NCBI GenBank assembly: GCA_002415335.1
Contig: DHXL01000260.1
Coordinates: forward strand, 1-30,893
Source of the DNA: Oxalobacteraceae bacterium UBA5157
GTDB taxonomy: Bacteria; Pseudomonadota; Gammaproteobacteria; Burkholderiales; Burkholderiaceae_D
Length of the DNA stretch: 30,893 nt
Direction: 5' to 3'
The position numbers were made by a program, and so were the translations under genes. Below the pieces are notes generated by a model. That model was not told the origin of the DNA and searched no databases. It saw nothing but the letters and a program-made list of their open reading frames with translations. Of this stretch, positions 17,460 to 27,186 are shown piece by piece. Positions within the stretch are counted from its first letter, which is position 1. Each line of letters begins with the position of its first letter.

Positions 17460-19556
17460 ATGAGTAAAACGATACTTCTCATCACCGACGATTCCGCCGA
17501 AGCCAAATTGCTGCAGCAGTTTGTCGACCCGGCAAAAGACGAGCATTTCGATGTGAAATGGGCCGGACGGCTGTCGGATGGCATCGATTACGTCCGTAGC
17601 GGAAAGGTCGACGTGATTCTGATCGACACGTTTATCGCGGAAGGCAGCGGCATGGAGAGTTTCGACCGGCTATATCGCCTGGCTCCCTACCTACCGATGC
17701 TGGCTTTTTGCAGCACGGAAAACGAGGAACTCGCCAGGCAGGCCATCCATCACGGAGCGAAAGGTTATCTTGTGAGACACCATCTTGGCAGCATCAAATT
17801 GCCGCAAATGCTACTTGCCATCATCGAGCGCGCGACAATGGAAGAAGCCCTCTTCATTGAACAGGAGCGCTCGGCGGTTACCCTGAATTCGATCAGCGAT
17901 GCCGTGCTCAATATCGATATCAATGGCAAGGTCACCTATCTGAACGCGGTTGCGGAATACATGACAGGCTGGGCCGGGCGCGATGCGCTTGGCCGCCCGA
18001 TCACCGAGGTGCTGCAACTAATCGACGCCGCCACACGGGTCCCGGTGCTGAGCCCTTTGGAGCAGGTGCTCAAGCAAGATCGTGTGGTCGGGCTCTCGGC
18101 CAACTGCCTTCTTTTGCGGCGCGATGGCCACGAGTGTGCAATCGAAGACGTCGCAGTGCCGGTGCGAGACCGAAGAGGCAACGTGAGCGGTGCCGTGATG
18201 GTGTTTCACGATATCAGCCAGGCACAGGCGATGACCAAGAAGATGTCGCATCTGGCGCAGCATGATTTCCTGACCGATCTGCCGAACCGGATATTGTTGG
18301 TCGACCGCCTGAACCATGCGATCGCGCTGGCACAACGGCACCATGGAAAAATCGCGGTGCTGTTTCTCGATCTGGACGGGTTCAAGCACGTCAACGATAC
18401 CTTTGGCCACATGCTGGGCGACCAGCTCCTGCAGTCGGTGGCCAGGCGCCTGACTGCCTGCGTGCGCAACTCCGATACGGTCAGCCGTCAGGGCGGCGAC
18501 GAATTCGTCATCATGCTGGCCGATGACGTACACGAGCAGGACGTCATCCTGATCGCCGAGAAGATACTGGCTGCGCTGGCGGCACCCTACAACATCGAAA
18601 ATCTGGAACTGCAGGTGTCGGCCAGCATAGGGATCGCGTTGTATCCGACTGACGGACAATGCTCCGAAACGCTGATCAAACACGCGGATACCGCGATGTA
18701 TCATGCGAAGAGCAGCGGACGAAATTGCTTTCAGTTCTTCAAGGATGAAATGAACCTGCGCGCCATAGAGCGCCAATCGCTGGAAGGCAATTTGCGGCAA
18801 GCACTGGAACGTCAGGAGTTCGTATTGCACTATCAGCCAAGGGTGAATCTCGAGACCGGCGCCATTACCGGTGTCGAGGCGCTGCTGCGCTGGCAGCACC
18901 CGGAGCGTGGGTTGATGCCGGCATCCCAATTTATACCGATCGCCGAGGAATGCGGATTGATCGTACCGATCGGGAAATGGGTCTTGCGCGAAGCGTGCCG
19001 TCAATCGCAGGCATGGATCGATGCCGGCTTGCGCCTCAACGCGATTGCGGTCAATATTTCGGCGCGCGAATTCCGGGAAAAAAACTTCGCCGATCATGTG
19101 TCCAGCATACTGACAGAGACCGGTTTGGATCCGCGGCGCCTCGAAATTGAATTGACCGAAAATGAATTGATGCGGCATGGGAAATCCTCGGCGGCCGCCC
19201 ATGCAGCGCTCAAGAAGATGGGCGTGCGCCTGACAGTGGACGATTTCGGCACCGGCTATTCAAGCCTGAGTTCACTGAGGACTTTTCCCATCGATACGAT
19301 GAAAATCGATCAGTCGTTCGTGCAGGACGTCACCACCGATGAAGAGGATGCCGCCATTGTCAGTGCCATGATCGGCATGGGCTCCAGCCTGAAACACCGC
19401 GTCGTCGCCGAAGGCGTCGAGACCAAGGGGCAGCTCGCCTTCCTGCGCGAACGCCGCTGCGAACAAGGCCAGGGAGATTATTTCAGCCGCCCGCTGCGCG
19501 CCGACGAGATCGCTGAACTCTTGCGTACAGGGATTCCCAAGATGTTGCTGGCTTGA
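17460..19556 (+). CDS. REC-PAS-GGDEF-EAL c-di-GMP signalling protein
   Basis: REC (LLITDD...DVILID), PAS, intact RQGGDEF with an RNSD I-site, EALLRW, DDFGTGYSS, VAEGVET, GQG. Likely start MSKTILL at 17460. Confidence 0.92.
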   Translation: MSKTILLITDDSAEAKLLQQFVDPAKDEHFDVKWAGRLSDGIDYVRSGKVDVILIDTFIAEGSGMESFDRLYRLAPYLPMLAFCSTENEELARQAIHHGAKGYLVRHHLGSIKLPQMLLAIIERATMEEALFIEQERSAVTLNSISDAVLNIDINGKVTYLNAVAEYMTGWAGRDALGRPITEVLQLIDAATRVPVLSPLEQVLKQDRVVGLSANCLLLRRDGHECAIEDVAVPVRDRRGNVSGAVMVFHDISQAQAMTKKMSHLAQHDFLTDLPNRILLVDRLNHAIALAQRHHGKIAVLFLDLDGFKHVNDTFGHMLGDQLLQSVARRLTACVRNSDTVSRQGGDEFVIMLADDVHEQDVILIAEKILAALAAPYNIENLELQVSASIGIALYPTDGQCSETLIKHADTAMYHAKSSGRNCFQFFKDEMNLRAIERQSLEGNLRQALERQEFVLHYQPRVNLETGAITGVEALLRWQHPERGLMPASQFIPIAEECGLIVPIGKWVLREACRQSQAWIDAGLRLNAIAVNISAREFREKNFADHVSSILTETGLDPRRLEIELTENELMRHGKSSAAAHAALKKMGVRLTVDDFGTGYSSLSSLRTFPIDTMKIDQSFVQDVTTDEEDAAIVSAMIGMGSSLKHRVVAEGVETKGQLAFLRERRCEQGQGDYFSRPLRADEIAELLRTGIPKMLLA

Positions 19557-19666
19557 TTGCACGGTCTTAGTGTAGTAGTCGACAGGCACCGCGTACCGCC
19601 GGTGCCGACGACTGGAATGGGTGCTTTCCCACTCAGTTTGGCACTGGCGGACCGGGGCCGACCACT

Positions 19667-19680
19667 TTGACAATTGTCAA
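19667..19680. promoter_or_regulatory. FNR-type box, TTGAC variant
   Basis: Perfect palindrome TTGAC-AATT-GTCAA about 385 nt upstream of wcaJ; no matching -10 at class II spacing. Confidence 0.6.
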
Positions 19681-19841
19681 GATCGCTCATCCCGACATCG
19701 CTCGGATCCTGGCGGCACGCGGTCCTGCCCGCCACACCTATCCCATCAGTTGCACCAATACGACGCACGGTCTAACGACCGTGCGCGCGATCAATGTCTC
19801 GATCGAAAGCCAAAAAATTCCGGGCCGTTGTCGACATTTCT

Positions 19842-19882
19842 TTGACATTTGACAACTCGCGATTTTCTCTAATCGGTACGCT
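19842..19882 (+). promoter_or_regulatory. Candidate class II FNR-type promoter of the wcaJ operon
   Basis: TTGAC-ATTT-GACAA (19842-19855, 1 mismatch), a 21-nt gap, then -10-like TACGCT (19877-19882). Confidence 0.55.
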
Positions 19883-20064
19883 TGAATCATCGAAGAGCCG
19901 GGCCGGAAATCGGTTACGCCACTCTCGAACTGTGCGCAGTCGTTCTAAGACAGCGTGAGTAATTGCGCTCAGTCGTGATGGCGGACGGTCTGCTGAATGC
20001 AGGAAACGAGGCTACCGTGCTCAGCCGCCCGTAGCGTGAAACGATTGCGACAGGAGAGATTGCC

Positions 20065-21483
20065 ATGTCGGCCATGCACGATCTAACAATCAAGAATACA
20101 TTCGGCCTGGAATTCCTGATGCGGCTGGCGGACGTCCTGACGCTGGGAGTTGCCGGTTATCTCGCCAGCATGATTCTCTTTAACCTGCCGCCGGATGGGG
20201 TCGCCCCTATTCATGCGGTTTTGCTCTATTTCTGCTGCGCCTTCGCATTTCTGATTTTTCCGCACTTCGATCTCTATGTGTCCTGGCGCGGACAGCCCAT
20301 GCTGGCCATGTTCGCAAGGGCTGCCGCCGCGTGGGCGCTGGTGCTGCTCGCAGGGCTGTTCTTCAGCTTTCTCATTCATCGTATAGGTGCGGTGTCGCGT
20401 CTATGGTTGTTTTACTGGTATGTAACGGGGGCCGTTTTCATCGTCTCATATAGAACGCTCGTCTATTCTTCGCTGCGCCACCTTCGCAGAAAAGGCTTGA
20501 ACAGCAAGCGCGTAGTCATCGTCGGTTACGGCCACACCGGACAGGAGATGCATAAGCGCGCTCTGCAGCAGGACTGGTACGGTTATGAAGTGAAAGCGGT
20601 GTATGCCAACGCCAAAGATGCCGACACACTCGATGACCCGTCCATCTTGCGAATTGACACGCTGGAAGGCATCCGCGACTACGTGGAAGCCAACCACGTG
20701 CACGAGATCTGGATCACCTTGCCCATGAGTGCCTCGGCCCAGCTGCAGGATCTGCAATTCTTGTTACGCAATGCGCTGGTTGATATTCGCTGGGTGCCCG
20801 ACATTCTGAGCATGCAGATGTTGAGTAACAAGATGGTCGATTTTCTAGGCATGCCCGCGGTGGATTTGAACCGCCCGATTTCCAGCGGCCTGCGCAGCGT
20901 CGCCAAAGACTTGTTCGACAAAGTATTTTCCGCCGTGGCGCTGATCCTGATCGCCCCGCTATTTTTGGTGATTGCCGCATGCGTCAAATACACGTCGCCC
21001 GGTCCGGTATTTTTCAAGCAGCCGCGGCTCGGCCTCAATGGAAAAAAATTCATGATCTATAAATTTCGCACCATGAAAATACATCATGAAGAAAATAACA
21101 GGGTGACGCAGGCTACGCAGAACGATCCACGCATCACGCCGATCGGACGATTCTTGCGACGTACCAGTCTTGACGAACTGCCGCAGTTCATCAACGTATT
21201 CATGGGCGACATGTCCGTCGTGGGACCCAGGCCGCACGCGTTGCAGCACAACGAAATGTACAAGGACATCATGGATCTGTACATGCTACGGCATCGCGTC
21301 AAGCCGGGCATTACCGGCTGGGCCCAGGTCAATGGCCATCGTGGGGAAACCGACACCGTCGACAAGATGGCGAAGCGGGTGCAATTCGACCTGTACTACA
21401 TCCAGAACTGGTCGCTCTGGCTGGACGTGCAGATCATCGCCTGGACCGCATTCAAGGGATGGACCGACAACCATGCGTATTAG
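20065..21483 (+). CDS. wcaJ: Undecaprenyl-phosphate glucose phosphotransferase (priming glycosyltransferase)
   Basis: N-terminal TMs, a Rossmann-like middle domain, and the C-terminal Bac_transf motifs FKQPR.G..G..F.IYKFRTM, LRRTSLDELPQF.NV..GDMS.VGPRP, KPGITGWAQVNG. Confidence 0.93.
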   Translation: MSAMHDLTIKNTFGLEFLMRLADVLTLGVAGYLASMILFNLPPDGVAPIHAVLLYFCCAFAFLIFPHFDLYVSWRGQPMLAMFARAAAAWALVLLAGLFFSFLIHRIGAVSRLWLFYWYVTGAVFIVSYRTLVYSSLRHLRRKGLNSKRVVIVGYGHTGQEMHKRALQQDWYGYEVKAVYANAKDADTLDDPSILRIDTLEGIRDYVEANHVHEIWITLPMSASAQLQDLQFLLRNALVDIRWVPDILSMQMLSNKMVDFLGMPAVDLNRPISSGLRSVAKDLFDKVFSAVALILIAPLFLVIAACVKYTSPGPVFFKQPRLGLNGKKFMIYKFRTMKIHHEENNRVTQATQNDPRITPIGRFLRRTSLDELPQFINVFMGDMSVVGPRPHALQHNEMYKDIMDLYMLRHRVKPGITGWAQVNGHRGETDTVDKMAKRVQFDLYYIQNWSLWLDVQIIAWTAFKGWTDNHAY

Positions 21484-21538
21484 TGCAACCACTGGCAAGC
21501 TCGACACGACACATAACCATTTTCGGATTTGAATCGAC

Positions 21539-22957
21539 ATGGCCTTTCCTCTTATTCCCGTTATTCTCTGCGGCGGCTCCGGTACCCGCTTGTGGCCGCT
21601 GTCGCGCGAGACATACCCCAAGCAGTTCTTGCGGCTGCTCGGCGAGGAAAGCCTGCTGCAGCAGACGATGCAACGGCTCCAGAAAATTGAAGGAATGGGT
21701 TCTCCCCTGCTGATATGCAACGAATCTTCACGCTTTGTCGCGGCCGAGCAGTTGCGCGAGATCGGCATTGAGCATGCCCGCATTCTGCTGGAACCGGTCC
21801 GCCGCAATACCGCACCCGCTATCGCCGTAGCGGCCTTGCACGCGCGCGCGGACGGCGATGATCCGCTGCTTCTGGTTCTGCCTTCGGACCACGTCATAAA
21901 AAATCATCACGCTTTTCAGGCGGCGATCCACACCGCCAGACAAGCGGCAGCACAAGGCGACTTGGTCACCTTCGGCATTACGCCGCTTGCTCCCGAGACC
22001 GGTTACGGCTATCTGCGCGTGGATGCCTCATCGTCCGGGGCAGCGCAACCGGTACTGGAATTTGTGGAAAAACCCGATCGGATCCACGCGGAGCGCTATC
22101 TCGCCAGCGGCAACTATTACTGGAATAGCGGCATGTTCTTGTTCCGTGCCAGCCGCTATCTGGAGGAACTCGCGCGCTATCAACCCGAGATGCTGGCAGC
22201 TTGTCGCGAAGCCGTAACGCTGGCCAAGAACGATCTCGACTTCATCCGGCTGGACAGCCAGGCATATGCGACGAGCCCCGATAATTCGATCGACTATGCA
22301 GTGATGGAGCATACCGACCGCGCCTGCATGGTCGCGATGGATGCCAGCTGGAGCGATATCGGTTCATGGGCATCGGTATGGGAAGCCGCCGACAAGGATG
22401 CCGAAGACAATGCCGCGCAAGGCGACGTCATGCTGCAAGACTGCGTAGGCTGTCTGGTGCACGGGACCAGCCGCTTGGTGGCAGCGGTTGGCCTGCACAA
22501 CATCGTCATTGTAGAAACTGCCGATGCACTGCTCATCATGGATGCCGACCACGCACAGGATACGAAGAAGCTGGTGGAAAAACTGACCAAAACGAAGCGA
22601 TCGGAAGCCACGCAGCACCGTCAAATATTTCGTCCATGGGGCTCCTATGACTCGATCGAGAACGGGAAGCGCTTTCAGGTCAAACGGATCACGGTCAAGC
22701 AGGGAGCCAAGCTCTCGCTGCAAATGCACCACCATCGCGCAGAACATTGGGTGGTGGTCTCGGGTACCGCAAAAATCACCAACGGCGAAAAGGAATACCT
22801 GCTGACCGAAAACCAGTCGACCTATATCCCGCTGGGCGTGGTGCACTCGCTGGAAAACCCCGGAAAGATACCGCTGGAATTAATCGAAATCCAGTCCGGC
22901 GGATATTTGGGGGAAGACGACATCGTGCGACTGCAGGATCGGTATGGCCGGGCCTGA
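21539..22957 (+). CDS. manC: Mannose-1-phosphate guanylyltransferase / mannose-6-phosphate isomerase
   Basis: LCGGSGTRLWPLSRETYPKQF, EPVRRNTAPA, WNSGMF, WSDIGSW, and a cupin C-terminus RPWG...HHHRAEHW. Confidence 0.95.
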   Translation: MAFPLIPVILCGGSGTRLWPLSRETYPKQFLRLLGEESLLQQTMQRLQKIEGMGSPLLICNESSRFVAAEQLREIGIEHARILLEPVRRNTAPAIAVAALHARADGDDPLLLVLPSDHVIKNHHAFQAAIHTARQAAAQGDLVTFGITPLAPETGYGYLRVDASSSGAAQPVLEFVEKPDRIHAERYLASGNYYWNSGMFLFRASRYLEELARYQPEMLAACREAVTLAKNDLDFIRLDSQAYATSPDNSIDYAVMEHTDRACMVAMDASWSDIGSWASVWEAADKDAEDNAAQGDVMLQDCVGCLVHGTSRLVAAVGLHNIVIVETADALLIMDADHAQDTKKLVEKLTKTKRSEATQHRQIFRPWGSYDSIENGKRFQVKRITVKQGAKLSLQMHHHRAEHWVVVSGTAKITNGEKEYLLTENQSTYIPLGVVHSLENPGKIPLELIEIQSGGYLGEDDIVRLQDRYGRA

Positions 22958-23084
22958 AGTTCGACTGCAATCGAGGAGTCCATTGATAGAGGAATATTCC
23001 TGCTTCTTCGAGAAGCACGTTCCGACATGGCCTGCCTGATCTTATCAACCGCTGCGCGAATCCTATCGGAAGCATCGTTCCATC

Positions 23085-24098
23085 ATGCCAAAAACAATTC
23101 TTGTTACCGGTGCCTCCGGATATATCGGATCGCATACCTGCGTCGAGCTGCTCAAGGCTGAGTTCGCCGTCATCGCGCTGGACAATCTCTGCAATAGTTC
23201 GCGCGAGGCGATCGCACGCGTGGAGCGCATCTCCGGGAAATCACTGCAATTCTATGAAGCCGACGTGCGCGATCGCGCGGCACTGGACCTCATACTGCGC
23301 AAGCATACGATCGATGCGGTCATTCATTTCGCGGGGCTGAAGGCAGTTGGCGAATCGGTAGCCAAGCCGCTCTTGTACTTCGACAACAACGTGTCCGGCA
23401 CGGTGGCACTGCTACAAGCGTTGGCCGATGCGGACGTTAAGCGGTTCGTGTTCAGTTCATCCGCCACCGTCTATGGCGATCCGGAATCGGTTCCTGTCAT
23501 GGAATCGGCTCGATTGGCCGCGGCCAATCCCTACGGCCGGTCCAAGCTGATGGTGGAACAGGTTCTCGACGATCTGGTGCAGGCCGATCCGGATTGGCAT
23601 GTCGGGATCCTGCGTTATTTCAATCCGGTGGGCGCACACCCAAGTGGATTGATCGGTGAAGACCCGCGCGGTACGCCGAATAACCTGATGCCGTTCGTGG
23701 CGCAGGTCGCGGTCGGTCGTCGCCCCCAGCTAGCGATATTTGGCAACGACTATCCCACGCCCGATGGGACCGGTGTACGTGACTACATCCATGTGGTCGA
23801 TCTGGCGCAAGGGCATGTCGCGGCACTAAAGCGGCTGTTTGCGCGGGACGGAGGATTTACGGTCAACCTCGGCACCGGACGCGGCTTCAGCGTAATGGAA
23901 GTGGTGCGTGCGTTTGAAGCGGCGAGCGGTTGCAGCGTACCGTTTCAGATCGCGCCGCGCCGCGCCGGCGATATTGCGAGCTGCTACGCGTCCCCGGTCG
24001 AAGCGCGCGAGTTGCTGGGCTGGCGCGCGGAAAAAAAACTGGAGCACATGTGTGCGGACCACTGGCGCTGGCAAAAGATGAATCCGGAAGGATATTGA
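23085..24098 (+). CDS. galE: UDP-glucose 4-epimerase
   Basis: TGASGYIGSH, HFAGLKAVGES, FSSSATVYG, YGRSK, LRYFNPVGAH, DGTGVRDYIHV. Confidence 0.95.
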   Translation: MPKTILVTGASGYIGSHTCVELLKAEFAVIALDNLCNSSREAIARVERISGKSLQFYEADVRDRAALDLILRKHTIDAVIHFAGLKAVGESVAKPLLYFDNNVSGTVALLQALADADVKRFVFSSSATVYGDPESVPVMESARLAAANPYGRSKLMVEQVLDDLVQADPDWHVGILRYFNPVGAHPSGLIGEDPRGTPNNLMPFVAQVAVGRRPQLAIFGNDYPTPDGTGVRDYIHVVDLAQGHVAALKRLFARDGGFTVNLGTGRGFSVMEVVRAFEAASGCSVPFQIAPRRAGDIASCYASPVEARELLGWRAEKKLEHMCADHWRWQKMNPEGY

Positions 24099-24121
24099 TC
24101 CGTCGATTTTTTCTTGGCGGC

Positions 24122-24162
24122 ATGACAAAAGTCAAGGCGCCGTACGCGCGCGATGCCAGAAT
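24122..24162 (+). promoter_or_regulatory. Candidate internal class II FNR-type promoter for gmd-fcl
   Basis: ATGAC-AAAA-GTCAA (24122-24135, 1 mismatch), a 21-nt gap, then CAGAAT (24157-24162). Confidence 0.5.
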
Positions 24163-24221
24163 GAAATACCGGACGCCAACGTGATTGTCGGCGCCGAACA
24201 CCGCAACGTTCAAGGACAGCA

Positions 24222-25385
24222 ATGACGACCGAACCGCATGTACCGCCGAACCTCATCACGCCACGCGAAGCCGGCTCCAAGGTGGCGCTGATTACCGGAG
24301 TAACCGGCCAGGATGGCGCGTACCTGGCAGAACTTTTACTCGATAAAGGCTACGTGGTGCATGGCATCAAGCGCCGTACCTCGCTGCTCAACACAGCGCG
24401 TATCGATCACCTGTACCAAGACCCGCACGAAACGCCGCGCCGCTTCATCCTGCATCACGGGGACATGACCGACAGTTCGTCGCTAATCCGCATTATCCAG
24501 CAGGTGCAGCCGGACGAGATCTACAATCTGGCGGCACAAAGCCATGTCGCCGTCTCGTTCGAAGAGCCGGAGTACACCGCGAATTCCGACGGACTCGGCC
24601 CGCTGCGAATACTGGAAGCGATCCGCATCCTCGGCCTCGAGAAGAAAACACGCTTCTACCAGGCTTCCACCTCGGAACTATTCGGACAAGTGCAAGAAAC
24701 ACCGCAACGTGAGAGCACGCCGTTCTATCCGCGCAGCCCGTATGCGGTCGCCAAGCTGTACGCCTACTGGATCACCGTCAACTATCGTGAAGCGTATGGC
24801 ATGTATGCCTGCAACGGGATCCTCTTCAACCATGAATCGCCGCTGCGTGGTGAGACCTTCGTCACTCACAAAATCACGCGCGGCTTGGCCCGTATCGCAC
24901 TCGGACTGCAGGATTGCGTGTATCTCGGCAACCTCAGCGCCAAGCGCGATTGGGGCCATGCGCGCGACTATGTCGAGATGCAGTGGCTGATGCTTCAGCA
25001 GGATCAGCCGGAGGATTTCGTCATCGCCACTGGCATCCAGTACAGCGTACGCGACTTTGTCAATGCCGCCGCCGCAGAGCTCGGCATGAGCCTCCGCTGG
25101 CAAGGCGAAGGCCCCACCGAAACTGCTACTGTCTCCAGTATCGAGCAGCATAACGGCGCCGCGCCAGGACAGGTCATCGTACGGGTGGACCCGCGTTATT
25201 TCCGCCCTACCGAAGTCGAAACCCTGCTCGGTGATGCGAGCAAAGCCCATACCAAGTTAGGTTGGAAGCCGGTCACATCGTTTGACCAACTCGTCAAGGA
25301 GATGGTGCACGCCGATCTGGACGCCAACCGCAAATACGCGCTGATCAAACAGAACGGCTTTGCCACCTACGCCCATAGCGAATAA
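24222..25385 (+). CDS. gmd: GDP-mannose 4,6-dehydratase
   Basis: [59 protein letters not shown]. Confidence 0.96.
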   Translation: MTTEPHVPPNLITPREAGSKVALITGVTGQDGAYLAELLLDKGYVVHGIKRRTSLLNTARIDHLYQDPHETPRRFILHHGDMTDSSSLIRIIQQVQPDEIYNLAAQSHVAVSFEEPEYTANSDGLGPLRILEAIRILGLEKKTRFYQASTSELFGQVQETPQRESTPFYPRSPYAVAKLYAYWITVNYREAYGMYACNGILFNHESPLRGETFVTHKITRGLARIALGLQDCVYLGNLSAKRDWGHARDYVEMQWLMLQQDQPEDFVIATGIQYSVRDFVNAAAAELGMSLRWQGEGPTETATVSSIEQHNGAAPGQVIVRVDPRYFRPTEVETLLGDASKAHTKLGWKPVTSFDQLVKEMVHADLDANRKYALIKQNGFATYAHSE

Positions 25386-25397
25386 GGACTGAGCGAA

Positions 25398-26360
25398 GTG
25401 CGGAACAGGGAAGCGAGCATCTACGTGGCGGGCCACTGCGGCATGGTGGGTGCCGCCATCGTCCAGGCGCTTATGCGGCGCGGCTACGACAACATCATTA
25501 CCCGCACCCATGCGCAGCTGGATCTGGCCGATCAGGCGCAGGTTTCCGCCTTCTTCGAATCGGAACGCATTGACGAGATTTACCTGGCTGCCGCCCGCGT
25601 CGGTGGCATCCATGCGAACGCCACCTACCCCGCAGAATTCATTTACCAGAACCTCATGATCGAGGCGAACGTCATTCACCAGGCCTGGCGCGCCGGTGTA
25701 CAAAAACTCCTGTTCCTGGGCTCATCCTGCATTTACCCGCGACTGGCAGACCAGCCGATTCACGAAGAATACCTGCTGACTGGAAAACTGGAGCCGACCA
25801 ACGAACCCTACGCGATCGCCAAGATTGCCGGCATCAAGCTATGCGAGAGCTACAACCGTCAATATGGCACCGACTATCGCAGCGTGATGCCGACTAATCT
25901 GTATGGCCCCGGCGACAACTATCATCAGGAAAACAGTCACGTCATCCCGGCCCTGATCCGTCGCTTCCACGAAGCCAGAGTCAACGGGGCGGAACAGGTC
26001 GTGATCTGGGGCACCGGTACCCCGCGCCGCGAGTTCCTGTACGTAGACGACATGGCCGACGCCAGCGTGCATGTGATGGAGCTGGACCGGGCGACCTATG
26101 GCGCGCACACGGCTCCGCTGCAATCGCATATCAATGTCGGAACCGGTGAAGACATTACCATTCGTGAAGCGGCCGAAATGATCCGCAAAGTGACCGGCTA
26201 CGAAGGGAAGATTGAATTCGATGCGGACAAACCGGATGGGACACCGAGGAAGTTGCTGGACACTACGTGCCTGCGCCGACTGGGCTGGGTGCCGACCGTG
26301 CCACTCGAGGACGGTCTGGCCCGCACCTACCAATGGTTCTGCAATCAAGAGCAGCGATAG
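25398..26360 (+). CDS. fcl: GDP-L-fucose synthase
   Basis: [73 protein letters not shown]; GTG start. Confidence 0.95.
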   Translation: MRNREASIYVAGHCGMVGAAIVQALMRRGYDNIITRTHAQLDLADQAQVSAFFESERIDEIYLAAARVGGIHANATYPAEFIYQNLMIEANVIHQAWRAGVQKLLFLGSSCIYPRLADQPIHEEYLLTGKLEPTNEPYAIAKIAGIKLCESYNRQYGTDYRSVMPTNLYGPGDNYHQENSHVIPALIRRFHEARVNGAEQVVIWGTGTPRREFLYVDDMADASVHVMELDRATYGAHTAPLQSHINVGTGEDITIREAAEMIRKVTGYEGKIEFDADKPDGTPRKLLDTTCLRRLGWVPTVPLEDGLARTYQWFCNQEQR

Positions 26361-26376
26361 CGCATCGCGTTTTCCA

Positions 26377-27138
26377 TCAGTCGTCGACGAGCTTTCTCGC
26401 GATCAATTGCTTGGCCACCCCAATGACAAAAATCGTATTCGTTATCAGATAGCGTTTAAATAACCGGCGCGGCTCCGTGCAGAGACGATGAAACCATTCC
26501 AGTCCATTGCGCTGCATCCATAACGGTGCGCGCCTGGTGGCGCCCGAATGGTAGTCGAACGCGGCTCCCACACCAATCATCAGTGCGTTGATCCGGCCGC
26601 GACATGCGGCCATCCATTTCTCCTGCTTCGGACACCCGAGTCCAACAAACAGAATATTTGCGCCGGAACTGTTTATGAGTCTGACTTCGGCCTCATCCTC
26701 CAGCGGCGACAGGGCGCGATAAGGCGGCGAGCGCATTCCGGCCACGATCAGGTGCGGAAAGCTGGCAGCCATCGATTCGCGCAACTTTGCCAGCGTGGCC
26801 TCGGAACTGCCATAGAAGAAGACGGATTGACTAACTCGTTCGGCCTCGCCCAAACATCTCCACATCAAATCCGGGCCATTAATCCGCTCTTGACGCGGAA
26901 AGCCGAACTGCCGTAAAGCCCAGGCAACGGGCGCGCCATCCGGCGTTGACATCTCCGCCTCGTTGACCACGGCCCTGAACGCCGGGTCCAGGGTTGTAGT
27001 GACCACCGAGTGAACGTTACAGACGCAGACATAGCGCGACTCGCGCGCCTCGCCCCATGCGACGATCTGTTCGATTGCGTCATCCCAGGACAGCGCATCG
27101 ATGAAGGCCCCGAGGACCGGTATACCTTTACGTAGCAT
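26377..27138 (-). CDS. WecB/TagA/CpsF-family glycosyltransferase
   Basis: CNVHSV, PDGAPV, ERINGPDL, FFYG, FVGLGCPKQEKW, GVGAAFD, RRAP.WM...GLEW..R...EPRRL. Confidence 0.93.
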   Translation of the reverse strand: MLRKGIPVLGAFIDALSWDDAIEQIVAWGEARESRYVCVCNVHSVVTTTLDPAFRAVVNEAEMSTPDGAPVAWALRQFGFPRQERINGPDLMWRCLGEAERVSQSVFFYGSSEATLAKLRESMAASFPHLIVAGMRSPPYRALSPLEDEAEVRLINSSGANILFVGLGCPKQEKWMAACRGRINALMIGVGAAFDYHSGATRRAPLWMQRNGLEWFHRLCTEPRRLFKRYLITNTIFVIGVAKQLIARKLVDD

Positions 27139-27186
27139 GACGTTCTCCCTATGCCGCGTTGAGTCAGGAATCGAAAATACTCTTTC

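Noticed and set aside
20018-20038. Possible ops/JUMPstart element (GCCCGTAGCGTG) before wcaJ
   Set aside because: It lacks the required GGCGGTAG core; only GTAGCGTG matches.
20042-20055. TTGCGACAGG repeat shared with the 16501 palindrome
   Set aside because: It overlaps the wcaJ RBS (CAGGAG) and lacks the other half-site, so it is likely coincidental.
23035-23047. CTGAT-CTT-ATCAA upstream of galE as an FNR box
   Set aside because: The spacer is 3 nt rather than 4 and the left arm is mismatched, so it was not counted.
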